A DNA stretch of 64,000 nt, taken from contig JAWAJB010000004.1 of NCBI GenBank assembly GCA_038888155.1, positions 96,001 to 160,000 on the forward strand, given 5' to 3'. The position numbers and the translations under genes are program-made. Of the stretch, positions 32,187 through 42,260 are shown piece by piece (the stretch's first letter is position 1; the number at the start of each line of letters is the position of its first letter). The notes beneath the pieces were generated by a model, which worked only from the letters and a program-made list of their open reading frames with translations, ran no database searches and was not told the origin of the DNA. The DNA comes from Desulfurococcaceae archaeon (GTDB taxonomy: Archaea > Thermoproteota > Thermoprotei_A > Sulfolobales > Desulfurococcaceae).

Positions 32187-32810
32187 ATGTCTGATGAGGA
32201 CAAGCAGCAAATAACTATTGAGCTCCTTGTGTCTATAGACAAATACCTATCAGCGGGCGTCCACATAGGGACGCATATATGCACAAAGTTCATGGAACCC
32301 TACGTCTATAGAGTGAGATCTGACGGAGTGTACATACTTGACGTTAAGAAAATTGACGAGAGGTTGAGAACGGCCGGTAAATTTCTAGCAAGATACGACC
32401 CAGCAAAAATAGCGGTCGTCTCCGTTAGGCTGTACGGAGTTAAGCCTGTTCAGAAAACTTGCCAATATCTTCAATGTAAGCCCTTCATAGGGAGATTCCT
32501 GCCCGGAACATTAACTAATCCATCCCTTAAGTGGTACTTTGAACCAGAGGTAGTTGTATTAACTGACCCGAGAGCAGACTCCCAGGCACTTAAAGAGGCA
32601 TCTGAGATAGGGCTACCCGTTGTGGCCTTCGCAGATACAGATAACAGGACTGATTACATTGACCTTATAATACCCGGTAATAACAAGGGCAGGAAGAGCC
32701 TCGCCCTTCTCTACTGGGTGCTCGCTAGACAGGTTCTCAGGGAGAGAGGAGGAATTCCCCCAACTGCTGATTTGCCTGAACAACCGAGCGAATTTGAGAC
32801 CTCCGTTTAG
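32187..32810 (+). CDS. rps2: 30S ribosomal protein S2
   Basis: [28 protein letters not shown]. Confidence 0.98.
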   Translation: MSDEDKQQITIELLVSIDKYLSAGVHIGTHICTKFMEPYVYRVRSDGVYILDVKKIDERLRTAGKFLARYDPAKIAVVSVRLYGVKPVQKTCQYLQCKPFIGRFLPGTLTNPSLKWYFEPEVVVLTDPRADSQALKEASEIGLPVVAFADTDNRTDYIDLIIPGNNKGRKSLALLYWVLARQVLRERGGIPPTADLPEQPSEFETSV

Positions 32811-32960
32811 GAGAGCTTGTTTTAAAGTACAACAATATTTTAAGTTGCCCTTTAGTGCAGTCGCTTGAGCGTATTTAGTACACACAAGGAGCGGCCTCTA
32901 ATTTAATAAAGGCCCAATTATCCATAATTTCATTGAGTTACTTAACTTGACAATTTTGAG

Positions 32961-33824
32961 GTGAACACCTTGAAGAAACTGCGTCGACCCGTAGTTGCTG
33001 GCTACTTTTACCCTAGAGATAAAGAAGACCTAATAGAGATGATAGAGTGGTCGTTTAAACACAGACTTGGTCCCGGGAAAACGCCGAGCTTGAACAAGAC
33101 TAGAAAACACAATATTTTAGGCTTCATTGTGCCGCATGCGGGTTACACGTACAGTGGACCCATAGCGGCGCATTCTTACTATGAGGCTGCTTCTGAAGGC
33201 GTACCTGAAACAGTAGTCATTCTAGGCACTAACCACACAGGGTATGGTAAGCCAGTCTCTATATACCCAGAAGGCGTGTGGGAGACTCCTTTAGGATGGC
33301 TTGAAGTGGACTCAGAGCTAGGAGAGAAAATAGCCGAACTCAGCGAAATAGCCGATATTGACGAGTATGCACACTTAGAGGAGCACTCAATAGAAGTTCA
33401 GCTACCATTCATACAGTACATTTACGGAGATAAAGTAAAGATACTCCCCATTGTTATTGGCGTTCACACCCCAGAGCTAGCCAGCGATGTTTCCGCCGCA
33501 ATAGAAAACGCTGTAAGGAGCCTTAACCGCGACGTCATTATAATATCAAGTAGCGATTTTACTCACTACGAGCCCCACGAGACTGCCCTTGAAAAGGATA
33601 GAGCTGCCATTAACGAGATACTCGAACTAGACACTAATGGGTTTTACAGAGTGGTAATAGAAGAGAACGTAACTATATGCGGCCCTGGCGGGATAATGAC
33701 CATAATGGAGATGGCTAAATCAGCTGGAGCAAAAGCAGCTCTCTTAAAACACGCTACTAGCGGCGAGATAGGAGGAGATAAATCGTCTGTCGTAGGTTAC
33801 GCAACTATAAAGTTCTATAAGTGA
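32961..33824 (+). CDS. MEMO1 family protein (AmmeMemoRadiSam protein B-like)
   Basis: RRPVVAGYFYP, PHAGYTYSG, EHSIEVQLPF, SSDFTHY, VVGY. Confidence 0.92.
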   Translation: MNTLKKLRRPVVAGYFYPRDKEDLIEMIEWSFKHRLGPGKTPSLNKTRKHNILGFIVPHAGYTYSGPIAAHSYYEAASEGVPETVVILGTNHTGYGKPVSIYPEGVWETPLGWLEVDSELGEKIAELSEIADIDEYAHLEEHSIEVQLPFIQYIYGDKVKILPIVIGVHTPELASDVSAAIENAVRSLNRDVIIISSSDFTHYEPHETALEKDRAAINEILELDTNGFYRVVIEENVTICGPGGIMTIMEMAKSAGAKAALLKHATSGEIGGDKSSVVGYATIKFYK

Positions 33825-33844
33825 GAGCTGCCCGTTAAGAGTAA

Positions 33845-34996
33845 TTGGTGTCAATAGTGAAGAGTGAAGGAAACTATGAGTACAGGAAGGTAGAGCATGT
33901 TGAGATCTGTTTAAGGGATGACATTACATATGGGAAATTCTGCGATGCGCTTTTTAACGAGATGACCTTGGTCCATCAGGCGCTACCTGGGCTGAAATAC
34001 AGCGAGATAGATCTCTCAACTGAGTTCCTCAACTACGAGTTAAATGCCCCGCTGGTAATTGAGGCTATTACGGGGGGACACCCTCAACTTAAATCAATAA
34101 ACGAGGGGCTTGCCCACCTCGCCCACGATTTTAAAATAGCTATAGGTGTGGGGAGCCAGAGGCCGCTAATAAAGTCTAACTTCAACGATGAGATACTCGA
34201 GACCTATAGAGTTGTTAGGGAAATTGCTCACGATGTTCCCCTTATAGGCAACATAGGGATAGCTCAATTGCGCGATTTAGATACAAACGTGGCGAGAAAA
34301 ATCGTTGAATCCATAAAGGCAGATGCGCTTGCAATCCACTTAAACCCAGCACAAGAGCTTATACAGCCAGAGGGAGACAGAGACTTTGAATACGAGCTGC
34401 TAGACAAAACAGCCGAGCTTGTAAGAGAGTTGGGAGTGCCGCTGATAATCAAAGAGGTAGGAAACGGTCTTTCAATGGAAGTAGTAAAGGCGTTTACGAA
34501 AATTGGAGTAAGGGCGTTCGACGTTGCTGGTGCATGTGGAACAAACTGGGCTATGGTCGAGGCGCTCAGGAACCCTGAGAACACTGACGCGCGGAGCTTA
34601 GGACTTGTCATTTCACAAATGCCCTGGGGCATACCTACTCCACTCTCGGTCATTGAGACGCGGGCTGCAAGCCCTAACTCAACAGTTATTGCTAGCGGTG
34701 GACTGTGGGACGGCATAAAAGCTGCTAAAACTCTAGCTGTAGGGGGAGATTTGGCTGGATTCGCTAGGCCTATACTGAAAAATCTCTTAGAGCGAGGTTA
34801 TGAAGGGGCTAAAAAATTCCTCGAAAAATACATATTAGAGCTTAAAGCTGTTATGTTCCTTACAGGTGCAAGAGCTCCTAAGGAGCTCTGCAAAAAACCA
34901 ATCGTGCTTGGTCCAAATATGATTCACTACCTGAGTTCAAGAGGCATTGATGCGGATTTGTATATAAAGGAAACTAGGTGTGGTGCTTCTATTTGA
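33845..34996 (+). CDS. fni: Type 2 isopentenyl-diphosphate delta-isomerase (FMN-dependent)
   Basis: RKVEH, GVGSQR, HLNPAQELIQPEGD, KEVGNG. Confidence 0.95.
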   Translation: MVSIVKSEGNYEYRKVEHVEICLRDDITYGKFCDALFNEMTLVHQALPGLKYSEIDLSTEFLNYELNAPLVIEAITGGHPQLKSINEGLAHLAHDFKIAIGVGSQRPLIKSNFNDEILETYRVVREIAHDVPLIGNIGIAQLRDLDTNVARKIVESIKADALAIHLNPAQELIQPEGDRDFEYELLDKTAELVRELGVPLIIKEVGNGLSMEVVKAFTKIGVRAFDVAGACGTNWAMVEALRNPENTDARSLGLVISQMPWGIPTPLSVIETRAASPNSTVIASGGLWDGIKAAKTLAVGGDLAGFARPILKNLLERGYEGAKKFLEKYILELKAVMFLTGARAPKELCKKPIVLGPNMIHYLSSRGIDADLYIKETRCGASI

Positions 34997-35502
34997 GCGA
35001 ACAGTATGTTTTTCCTGAGGTCTTCATAAAGGGATACTCTAATGGTAAATATATTTGCTTCACAAGTGGCGCTTACGTTTTGTCCCTAAAAGCAGATAGC
35101 TCGGTTAAGTGCGATGAAGCGTACGGCTTGATTCCATATGAGAGATTGACCGAGTTCATAGACTTTGAGAAAGGGAAACTTAAGACATCCGTGATCACTC
35201 TGCGCGAGGAGCTGGGAAAAGAGATTTACGAGGGGTATATAGTAGAGCCAGATGCAGAGCTATGCCTGCAGGAAATTGTGGGCAACTACATATACTTTCT
35301 AAAGGACGATGGATCAAACGTTAAAAGGGGCAATAAATTAGCCTACATTGTAACGAATAAACTTGAGGCTAGAAGCGTAAAGTCGCGCTGCGATGGCCTG
35401 CTTTTATTTATTATAGATATGCCCTGGATGGAACCTAAAAGGGGGCTACTCGTGGTGGTAAAGAGTGGGTATAGACGCGCAACTATTAGAAAAAGTGCGT
35501 GA
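34993..35502 (+). CDS. DUF2118-like protein with a biotinyl/lipoyl-type hybrid motif
   Basis: GSNVKRGNKLAYIVTNKLEARSVKS..DG; TTGA overlap with fni. Confidence 0.7.
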   Translation: MSEQYVFPEVFIKGYSNGKYICFTSGAYVLSLKADSSVKCDEAYGLIPYERLTEFIDFEKGKLKTSVITLREELGKEIYEGYIVEPDAELCLQEIVGNYIYFLKDDGSNVKRGNKLAYIVTNKLEARSVKSRCDGLLLFIIDMPWMEPKRGLLVVVKSGYRRATIRKSA

Positions 35503-37222
35503 AGTAGCGTACAAACACGCTATCATAAATGCCGTTAAACACGGAGGCAAAGCCGACCTGAAGGCAGTAGTGTCCAAGGTTGCAGGCGAGTTGCCCGATA
35601 TACGTAAAAGCATTAAAGCCTATATTGAGGTCGTGAAAAGCGCGGTAGATGAAGTCAACAAGCTAAGCATTGAAGAGCAGTTAAGCATTGCCAAGAGCAA
35701 CTGGCCCGAGGCAGTTGAGGAGAGAGCGGGCGAGTACCGAAAGGAGCTGCCGCCTCTGCCTGGTGCAGCAGAGGGTAAAGTGGTTACAAGGCTCGCTCCA
35801 AACCCGGACTTCTCGTTGCACTTAGGCAACGCTAGACCAGCCCTACTGAATTACTGGTATGCGCGGATCTATAATGGAAAGATGATCCTCAGATTCGAGG
35901 ACACAGACCCCCGCATTAAATCTCCCTTCCCAGACACGTACGAATCCATTAAGAGAGACCTTAAATGGCTAGGAGTTCGGTGGGACGAAGAGTACATTCA
36001 AAGCTTAAGGTTGCCTCTGTTCTACGAGGTGACTAGAGAGCTCATTAAAAGAGGAGGCGCTTATGTTGACTTATGCAACAACAAAGAGTTCAAAGCGTAT
36101 AGAAACCACGGAAAGGCTTGCCCACACAGGGACAGACCAGTAGAGACTCAAATAGAAGAATACGATAAAATGCTAGAGGGCGCATACAAGGAGGGCGAAG
36201 CTGTAGTTAGAGTAAAAACCGATCTAAACCACCCAGACATCAGTATTAGGGACTGGGTTGCCTTAAGGATAATAGATACGTCTAAAACTCCTCACCCTAT
36301 AACAGGCGAAAGGTACTCTATCTGGCCTACTTATAACTTAGCTGCAGCTGTTGATGACCACTTAATGGGCGTAACGCATATACTTAGGGCTAAAGAACAC
36401 GTGACGAACACTGCCAAGCAAAAGTACATCTACGATCACATGGGGTGGAAATACCCCGAGACGCTTCACTTCGGCAGGCTTTCGCTCGAGGGGATAGTCT
36501 TAAGCAAGTCCAAGACAAGAAAGCTGATTTCCGAGAAGAACCTCTCATCATATTCAGATCCTCGGCTGGGCACTATCCAGGGACTTCGCAGAAGGGGGAT
36601 CGTAAGGGAAACTGTTTGGGAAGTAATTAAATCAGTGGGAGTTAAACCCGTTGATGCAAAAATAAGCCTGGTCAACCTCTACGCCATTAACAGGGCGCTG
36701 ATAGACCCCATTGCAAATCGCTATATGGGCGTGGAAAGCCCTGTTTACCTCATCTTGACGAACATTAAGGACGAGCTAAAGGGAACTATACCTGTTCACC
36801 CCTCAAAGAGAGAAAACTACACGTACAGAGTGACAAACGAAACCTTAGTCATGATCTCACGGAGAGATTTCGAGCTAGTCAAAGGAGGTTTGTTCCGGCT
36901 AATGGGCTTGGGGAACTTCTCAATTAAGGAGTTGCGCGAAGTTCAAGGCACGTTGGCATATACTGCTGAACTGCGCAGCTTAGAGCAGGAGGCAGCTAAA
37001 GCGCAAAGCGCCCAAATTATACAGTGGGTTATGGTCAATGAGAGCGTCGAAGTCAAGATGCTGGTACCTCGTGGACTGGAGCTACAGGAGAAAACGCTGT
37101 ACTGTGAGCGCAGAATTTTAAGCGAGAGAGTTGATTCGCTAATTCAGCTGTATCGAGTTGGGTTCGCAAGAGTTGATGACATTAGTAATGGAAGAGTTAC
37201 CCTTATCTTTTCTCATGAGTAG
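35465..37222 (+). CDS. gltX: Glutamate--tRNA ligase
   Basis: TRLAPNP, HLGN, RFEDTDP, LSKS. Confidence 0.97.
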   Translation: MGIDAQLLEKVREVAYKHAIINAVKHGGKADLKAVVSKVAGELPDIRKSIKAYIEVVKSAVDEVNKLSIEEQLSIAKSNWPEAVEERAGEYRKELPPLPGAAEGKVVTRLAPNPDFSLHLGNARPALLNYWYARIYNGKMILRFEDTDPRIKSPFPDTYESIKRDLKWLGVRWDEEYIQSLRLPLFYEVTRELIKRGGAYVDLCNNKEFKAYRNHGKACPHRDRPVETQIEEYDKMLEGAYKEGEAVVRVKTDLNHPDISIRDWVALRIIDTSKTPHPITGERYSIWPTYNLAAAVDDHLMGVTHILRAKEHVTNTAKQKYIYDHMGWKYPETLHFGRLSLEGIVLSKSKTRKLISEKNLSSYSDPRLGTIQGLRRRGIVRETVWEVIKSVGVKPVDAKISLVNLYAINRALIDPIANRYMGVESPVYLILTNIKDELKGTIPVHPSKRENYTYRVTNETLVMISRRDFELVKGGLFRLMGLGNFSIKELREVQGTLAYTAELRSLEQEAAKAQSAQIIQWVMVNESVEVKMLVPRGLELQEKTLYCERRILSERVDSLIQLYRVGFARVDDISNGRVTLIFSHE

Positions 37223-37231
37223 GGGGCAAGC

Positions 37232-37297
37232 TTTATAAGATGCGTTTATTTTATTAACAGTACGCAAAGACGACCAACAGGGAGGAGGATGACTATG
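37232..37297 (+). promoter_or_regulatory. rpl7ae TATA box and 5' leader with a putative K-turn
   Basis: TTTATAAG 37232-37239; leader has GACGA ... GGATGA just before the start. Confidence 0.45.
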
Positions 37298-37681
37298 TCC
37301 AAGCCTTTTTTCGTCAAATTCGATGTTCCACAGGAATTGGCCGAAAAAACGTACGAAGCTATTAGAAAAGTACGCGAAACAGGAGGAAAAATAAAGAAAG
37401 GAACTAACGAGACTACAAAAGCGGTTGAGCGCGGGGTGGCCAGGCTAATTATAATAGCCACAGATGTAGACCCGCCCGAAATTGTTGCCCACTTACCAAT
37501 ACTTTGCGACGAGAAAAAAATACCGTACACATATGTACCTAGCAAGAAGAAATTAGGAGAATCAGCTGGAATTGAAGTTGCATCAGCTTCTGTAGCAATT
37601 GTAGACGTAGGCGGCGCAAAGGATTTAGTTGATGAAGTAATCAAGAAAGTGCAGGAAGTTAGAGCTCAGAGTAGCAGTTAA
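37295..37681 (+). CDS. rpl7ae: 50S ribosomal protein L7Ae
   Basis: [26 protein letters not shown]. Confidence 0.98.
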   Translation: MSKPFFVKFDVPQELAEKTYEAIRKVRETGGKIKKGTNETTKAVERGVARLIIIATDVDPPEIVAHLPILCDEKKIPYTYVPSKKKLGESAGIEVASASVAIVDVGGAKDLVDEVIKKVQEVRAQSSS

Positions 37682-37712
37682 GAACTAGGCCCTAAATTTT
37701 AAAAGCATTTTT

Positions 37713-37985
37713 TTACCTTCGCGTTGTCAGTTTCCTAGCTTCTCGCTCTGTTTCTCGCAGAATAACAATATCTCCAACTCTCACAGGACCTTTAACGTTC
37801 CTTGTAATAACTCTGCCCCTGTCTCTGCCCTCTAGTATCCTTACCCTCACTTGAGAGATCTCTCCAGTCACTCCAGTTCGCCCTAATATTTGGATAACCT
37901 CTGCTGGGAACCCCATCTCCTCGATAATGTTGAATTTAGGTGGCTCAAAAACAATCTTCGCCTCGCTCTTATTAACTTCGCCCAA
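37713..37985 (-). CDS. rps28e: 30S ribosomal protein S28e
   Basis: [26 protein letters not shown]. Confidence 0.97.
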   Translation of the reverse strand: MGEVNKSEAKIVFEPPKFNIIEEMGFPAEVIQILGRTGVTGEISQVRVRILEGRDRGRVITRNVKGPVRVGDIVILRETEREARKLTTRR

Positions 37986-38073
37986 CGCGTCTCACCTAAT
38001 AATGCTAGGTAAACATAGCTCTTAATGTTTTTTAAGCTTTTTAAGTAAGTACTTTTAGGTTCAAAGAGGTGAA

Positions 38074-38265
38074 GTGTCTGTGCCCAAGCTAGTAAACTGT
38101 ACCTTTTGTGGAAACCAGCTGGAGCCTGGAAGCGGGTTAATGTACGTTCTAAATGATGGGAGCACGCTGTGGTTCTGTTGCAGAAAGTGCCTTAAGAGCT
38201 ATTTGATGGAGCGCGATCCAAGGAAATTGAAGTGGACTAAGAAGTATAAGCAGGAAACATTGTAG
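38074..38265 (+). CDS. rpl24e: 50S ribosomal protein L24e
   Basis: CTFCG, FCCRKC, RDPRKLKWT. Confidence 0.96.
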   Translation: MSVPKLVNCTFCGNQLEPGSGLMYVLNDGSTLWFCCRKCLKSYLMERDPRKLKWTKKYKQETL

Positions 38266-38291
38266 TTGGCTGCGGGCCAAGCAATTTAAAT

Positions 38292-38390
38292 GGCGCCTTG
38301 TCTGAGGGTTTGAGCCCCAACCCCTGAGCTTTTGATGGGAGGAGCGTCTAATAGAGCCCCTTTTGAGCCACAATGGGGGTTTGTGCCATC
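38292..38390 (+). ncRNA. Candidate structured RNA with a K-loop (H/ACA- or C/D-like)
   Basis: CCC-TGA-GCTTT-TGA-T-GGG at 38322-38339; stems GGCGC/GCGTC and GAGCCCCT/GGGGGTTT. Confidence 0.35.
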
Positions 38391-38403
38391 GCTTCCTCAT
38401 CCG

Positions 38404-40227
38404 CTACTGTAGCTTCTGCTGAAAAACTACGGCGTACAGTGGATCGCTTTTTCTCTTTACTTTAATAATCTCGCCAAGTGCGTCCTTTTCGTCATCTCTA
38501 AGTTCGCCGTTATACTTTGTAAGCCACATCAAGGCATGTTCATTGGGGATATCTGTAAACAGCAGATCTCCCTCGTGCACCTGCCTTCCTATCATCAGTT
38601 TTCCCTTAATGCTGATCGCCACTCTTTGGCCTCTAACAGCTTCCTTGAGCACGTTATCTCTATCCCTAATCTGCATTACAACCCCTATGTTTACGCCGTC
38701 TCCCCTCATTAAAGAGTAGCCAGGCTTTATTGTCCCTGAGACGATGTCTACTCCAACTATTGCAGGATCGCTCCTCCTAAATACGTAGCCCGGCAATATC
38801 TTCACTTTTCCCGGTCTCACAAGCATATCTAGCTCCCTCTGCTTAGCTGACTCCCTGAACTCTTTAAGCCACTTCGCATAGTCCTCGAGGAGTTGGTAGA
38901 TCACGTTATTGGAGAACACTTTTATGTTTTCCCTGTCGATGAGCTCTTCAGCCTCTTTGAGGACTTTGACGTTAAAAGCTAGGACTACTGCGAATTCAGG
39001 CTTAAACTTCTTAACTACAGCCGCTTCAATAACGTCGTTCTTAGAGACAGGTCCGACATCAGCAAGCCTGACAGGTATGTTCTCCCGCTTTAAGGCCTCG
39101 AGGAGGGCTTCAAGCGAGCCAAGAGTGTCTGCCTTAACTACTATGCCCTCAGCTTCAGTTCTGAACCTGATGTGCTTTATTTCCTCTAACACCTGTTTAA
39201 TGTACTCATCGACGCTTGCACCTATTGGTATCACGTAGAAGGGAGAGCCAGCGATTACATCCCCTAGATCTGGAGCTACTACTTTAATGCCAGACGCCGC
39301 TGCGACTTCATCAACCTGTACGAACTTACCTTCGTGCATTCTCATGTCCTGTAGCGGTCTCGGCAAAAGAATGGCTCTAACTCGAGATAGCGTGTAGTTA
39401 GACCTATTTGCTACAATGAACATGTCGTTCCTCCTTAAGATGCCATCATATATTATGACGTCTAATGTAGTCCCCAGCCCCTCTTCTTCCCTTACCTCAA
39501 GGACTATTCCCTTTGCTGCCTCATGGCTAACTATTAATTTCTTCTTCATAAACTGCTGAGCTAAACCAGCTATAAGTGCGAGAAGCTCGGGTATCCCCTC
39601 GCCTGTCTTGGCTGAAACTGGCACGATTGCTACTGTTTTCCTGAAGTCTTTAACTCTGTCAAACCTCTCGGATTCGTACCCGAATTCGTGTAGCTTTCCA
39701 ACGATTTCGTAAATTTTCTCCTCAAGTCGGCTGACGACCTTGGGGTTTTGCCTCTTAACTGAGTCGAGGAAAGGAGCCTCCAGTTGTGGAATCCAGCCTT
39801 CAATCCTGTCAATTTTATTTGCAGCCACCACGAAGGGAACCTGTCTTTCCCTCAAGAGAGTTATAGCCTCCTTTGTCTGGGGCTTAATGCCCTCAAGCAC
39901 ATCTATGACCAGTACTGCCATGTCAGCTACACTTCCCCCTCTTCTCCTCAGGCTAGCGAATAATTCGTGGCCTGGAGTATCAACAAAGAGTAGGCCAGAG
40001 ATATCTATTTTCAACCTCGGAAGCACTTTCCTAAGGGGCTCTGAGAGCTTCTCCAAGACGCTTGCGGGAACAATGCTCGCACCTATATGCTGGGTTATTT
40101 CCCCTGGCTCCTTCCTAGCAACAGCAGTGCCCCTTATCCTGTCTAAAAGTGTTGTCTTCCCGTGGTCTACGTGACCGAGCACTACTATAATTGGTTGCCT
40201 TATCCAAGTCCTCGGAGCTGCTTCCAT
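38404..40227 (-). CDS. infB: Translation initiation factor aIF5B (IF-2)
   Basis: RQPI..LGHVDHGKT, ITQHIGA, DTPGHE, NKID. Confidence 0.98.
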   Translation of the reverse strand: MEAAPRTWIRQPIIVVLGHVDHGKTTLLDRIRGTAVARKEPGEITQHIGASIVPASVLEKLSEPLRKVLPRLKIDISGLLFVDTPGHELFASLRRRGGSVADMAVLVIDVLEGIKPQTKEAITLLRERQVPFVVAANKIDRIEGWIPQLEAPFLDSVKRQNPKVVSRLEEKIYEIVGKLHEFGYESERFDRVKDFRKTVAIVPVSAKTGEGIPELLALIAGLAQQFMKKKLIVSHEAAKGIVLEVREEEGLGTTLDVIIYDGILRRNDMFIVANRSNYTLSRVRAILLPRPLQDMRMHEGKFVQVDEVAAASGIKVVAPDLGDVIAGSPFYVIPIGASVDEYIKQVLEEIKHIRFRTEAEGIVVKADTLGSLEALLEALKRENIPVRLADVGPVSKNDVIEAAVVKKFKPEFAVVLAFNVKVLKEAEELIDRENIKVFSNNVIYQLLEDYAKWLKEFRESAKQRELDMLVRPGKVKILPGYVFRRSDPAIVGVDIVSGTIKPGYSLMRGDGVNIGVVMQIRDRDNVLKEAVRGQRVAISIKGKLMIGRQVHEGDLLFTDIPNEHALMWLTKYNGELRDDEKDALGEIIKVKRKSDPLYAVVFQQKLQ

Positions 40228-40308
40228 TCGTACACCCAGTTTAATAAGGATATAAGTGCCCTATTTAATTGGAGAATACAAGCCACCGGGAAACTGGTGG
40301 TGATGGCT

Positions 40309-40959
40309 ATGCCAGATTACAAAATAGTCATTAGCGACCCCGAGGCAGCGAAAAACGCAAAGACCTTAAAAGTCAAGGTCATCGGAGATCCAGATATAGA
40401 GTTTACTAGCAAAATGAAAGAGCAGCTTGAACTGCCCATCATCAAGATGAGCTCTAAGCTCCAAGGAGAAATTAACGCAGTACACTACGTGGCTACGATA
40501 AGGATGAGGAGGCCGGATACTGGCGACAAAGTGAAAATCACCGGCAAAATAGTAATTGACAATAGCATTCCGGAAAACACAGTTAAGGTCAGCCTCTCTA
40601 GGCTCATAGACCTCACTGGAGCTCAAGAGCTTGAAGGGGAGATTTTTAGAGCTACTGCGTGGCAGATCAGAATAAGCGACGAACGATCTAACGCATTCCT
40701 AGGGCTTAAAATAGGAGAGGAAATAGACGGCGGCGTTGTAGGGCTTAGAGGCGTTAAATTACAAGTAACTGGCGGGAGCGATCTAAGCGGCTTTCCGATG
40801 AGGCCTGATATCTCAGGCTCCTTGAAGAAAAGGCCGCTAATTTCAAACCCTCCTGGGCTCCGCCCTAAGGAGAGAGGAGAGAGACGTCGAAGGACAGTGA
40901 GAGGAAACACTGTAGCAGCTGATACTGCCCAAATAAACACTAAAGTCATATACGTATAA
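40309..40959 (+). CDS. rps6e: 30S ribosomal protein S6e, long form with internal insertion
   Basis: MPDYKIVISDP, TGGSDLSGFPMRPD, GERRRRTVRGN; real start ATG 40309 or 40303. Confidence 0.95.
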   Translation: MPDYKIVISDPEAAKNAKTLKVKVIGDPDIEFTSKMKEQLELPIIKMSSKLQGEINAVHYVATIRMRRPDTGDKVKITGKIVIDNSIPENTVKVSLSRLIDLTGAQELEGEIFRATAWQIRISDERSNAFLGLKIGEEIDGGVVGLRGVKLQVTGGSDLSGFPMRPDISGSLKKRPLISNPPGLRPKERGERRRRTVRGNTVAADTAQINTKVIYV

Positions 40960-41000
40960 GAACATTTTTAGCTATTTTATAAACTAAATGAGGTGATTTT

Positions 41001-42260
41001 TTGGAAAACCCTAAGGTCAAGCCTCCAGAGGTAAATATAGGCGTTTTAGGACACGTAGATCACGGGAAGACAACGCTAGTTCAGGCCCTAACAGGCATAT
41101 GGACAGCTAGGCACAGCAAGGAACTAGAGAGGGGCATGACAATCTTTCTAGGGTACGCTGATGGCAATATAGCCTACTGCAGCGATTTGCATCCCCCTGA
41201 TGCTTACACGAACGAGCTTATATGCCCAAGCGGAGCTGAAGCTGAGTTCTTGAGGAGAGTTAGCTATGTTGATGCGCCTGGCCACGAAGCATACATGGCG
41301 ACTATGTTAAGTGGAGCTATGGTAGTAGACGGCGCAATGTTGGTTGTAGCAGCAAACGAGCCCTGCCCCCAGCCCCAGACTGTAGAGCACTTAATGGCCT
41401 TGGAAGTACTTGGAGTGAAAAACATTATAATAGTTCAAAATAAGATAGACGTTGTGTCCAAGGAGCGCGCCTTTAAGAATTACGAGGAAATAAGGGCCTT
41501 TACAAAGGGGACAATAGCTGAAGGTGCTCCTATTATACCTGTGAGCGCTCTTCACAAAGTAAATATCGACGTTGTTCTCCAAGCCATCCACGAAGCCATG
41601 CCTACACCTCAAAGGGACCTGTCTAAGCCGCCAATTATGTACGTTATACGTAGTTTCGATATAAACAGGCCAGGGACTCCCTTTGATATGATCCAAGGAG
41701 GTGTTATTGGGGGAACTGTTCTCCAGGGCAAGTTTAAGGTTGGAGAAGAAGTTACTATCCTACCGGGCATTAAGACTCCCAAGGAGTGGGGAAAGGCTAA
41801 AAGTCAAGTTTACACTCCTATATCAACCACCATTGAGGAGATAAGGTACGGCGACTTGCCGTCCGAAGAGGCAACTCCGGGGGGCTTGATAGCTGTCAGG
41901 ACTAAGCTAGACCCATCTTTAACTAAGTCAGATCAATTGGTAGGTACAGTTGTCACAAAGTACGACAACAAGGTCCCAGTTAGTACAGCCCTCGGCATAT
42001 TTTACCGCGAGTTCGAGAGAGTCGTCGGCCTCAGAGGACAACAGGTTAAGTTGCCCCCGCTACAGGCTGGCGAGAAAATAATAGCAGCTATAGGGCCCGC
42101 TACGCGGGTAGGAGTGGTTAAATCCGCTAGGAAGGACTACGTTGAGATTGCCCTAGATGAGCCCGTAGCTACGTGGAGAGGCTCGCGCATAGCTATTGGT
42201 AGACGCTTGATGGCTCGATGGAGGCTTGCAGGTTGGGGGATAATCGAGGATGTCTACTAG
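41001..42260 (+). CDS. eif2g: Translation initiation factor aIF2 gamma
   Basis: NIGVLGHVDHGKT, LGYA, DAPGHE, WRLAGWG. Confidence 0.97.
   Translation: MENPKVKPPEVNIGVLGHVDHGKTTLVQALTGIWTARHSKELERGMTIFLGYADGNIAYCSDLHPPDAYTNELICPSGAEAEFLRRVSYVDAPGHEAYMATMLSGAMVVDGAMLVVAANEPCPQPQTVEHLMALEVLGVKNIIIVQNKIDVVSKERAFKNYEEIRAFTKGTIAEGAPIIPVSALHKVNIDVVLQAIHEAMPTPQRDLSKPPIMYVIRSFDINRPGTPFDMIQGGVIGGTVLQGKFKVGEEVTILPGIKTPKEWGKAKSQVYTPISTTIEEIRYGDLPSEEATPGGLIAVRTKLDPSLTKSDQLVGTVVTKYDNKVPVSTALGIFYREFERVVGLRGQQVKLPPLQAGEKIIAAIGPATRVGVVKSARKDYVEIALDEPVATWRGSRIAIGRRLMARWRLAGWGIIEDVY

Noticed and set aside
38149-38400. Basic 83-aa ORF starting just after the infB stop
   Set aside because: Overlaps rpl24e antisense by 117 nt and matches no family I recognise.
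40162-40308. N-terminal extension of S6e in the ORF track
   Set aside because: Overlaps the infB start and the promoter; the protein starts near MPDYKIV after a GGTG SD.
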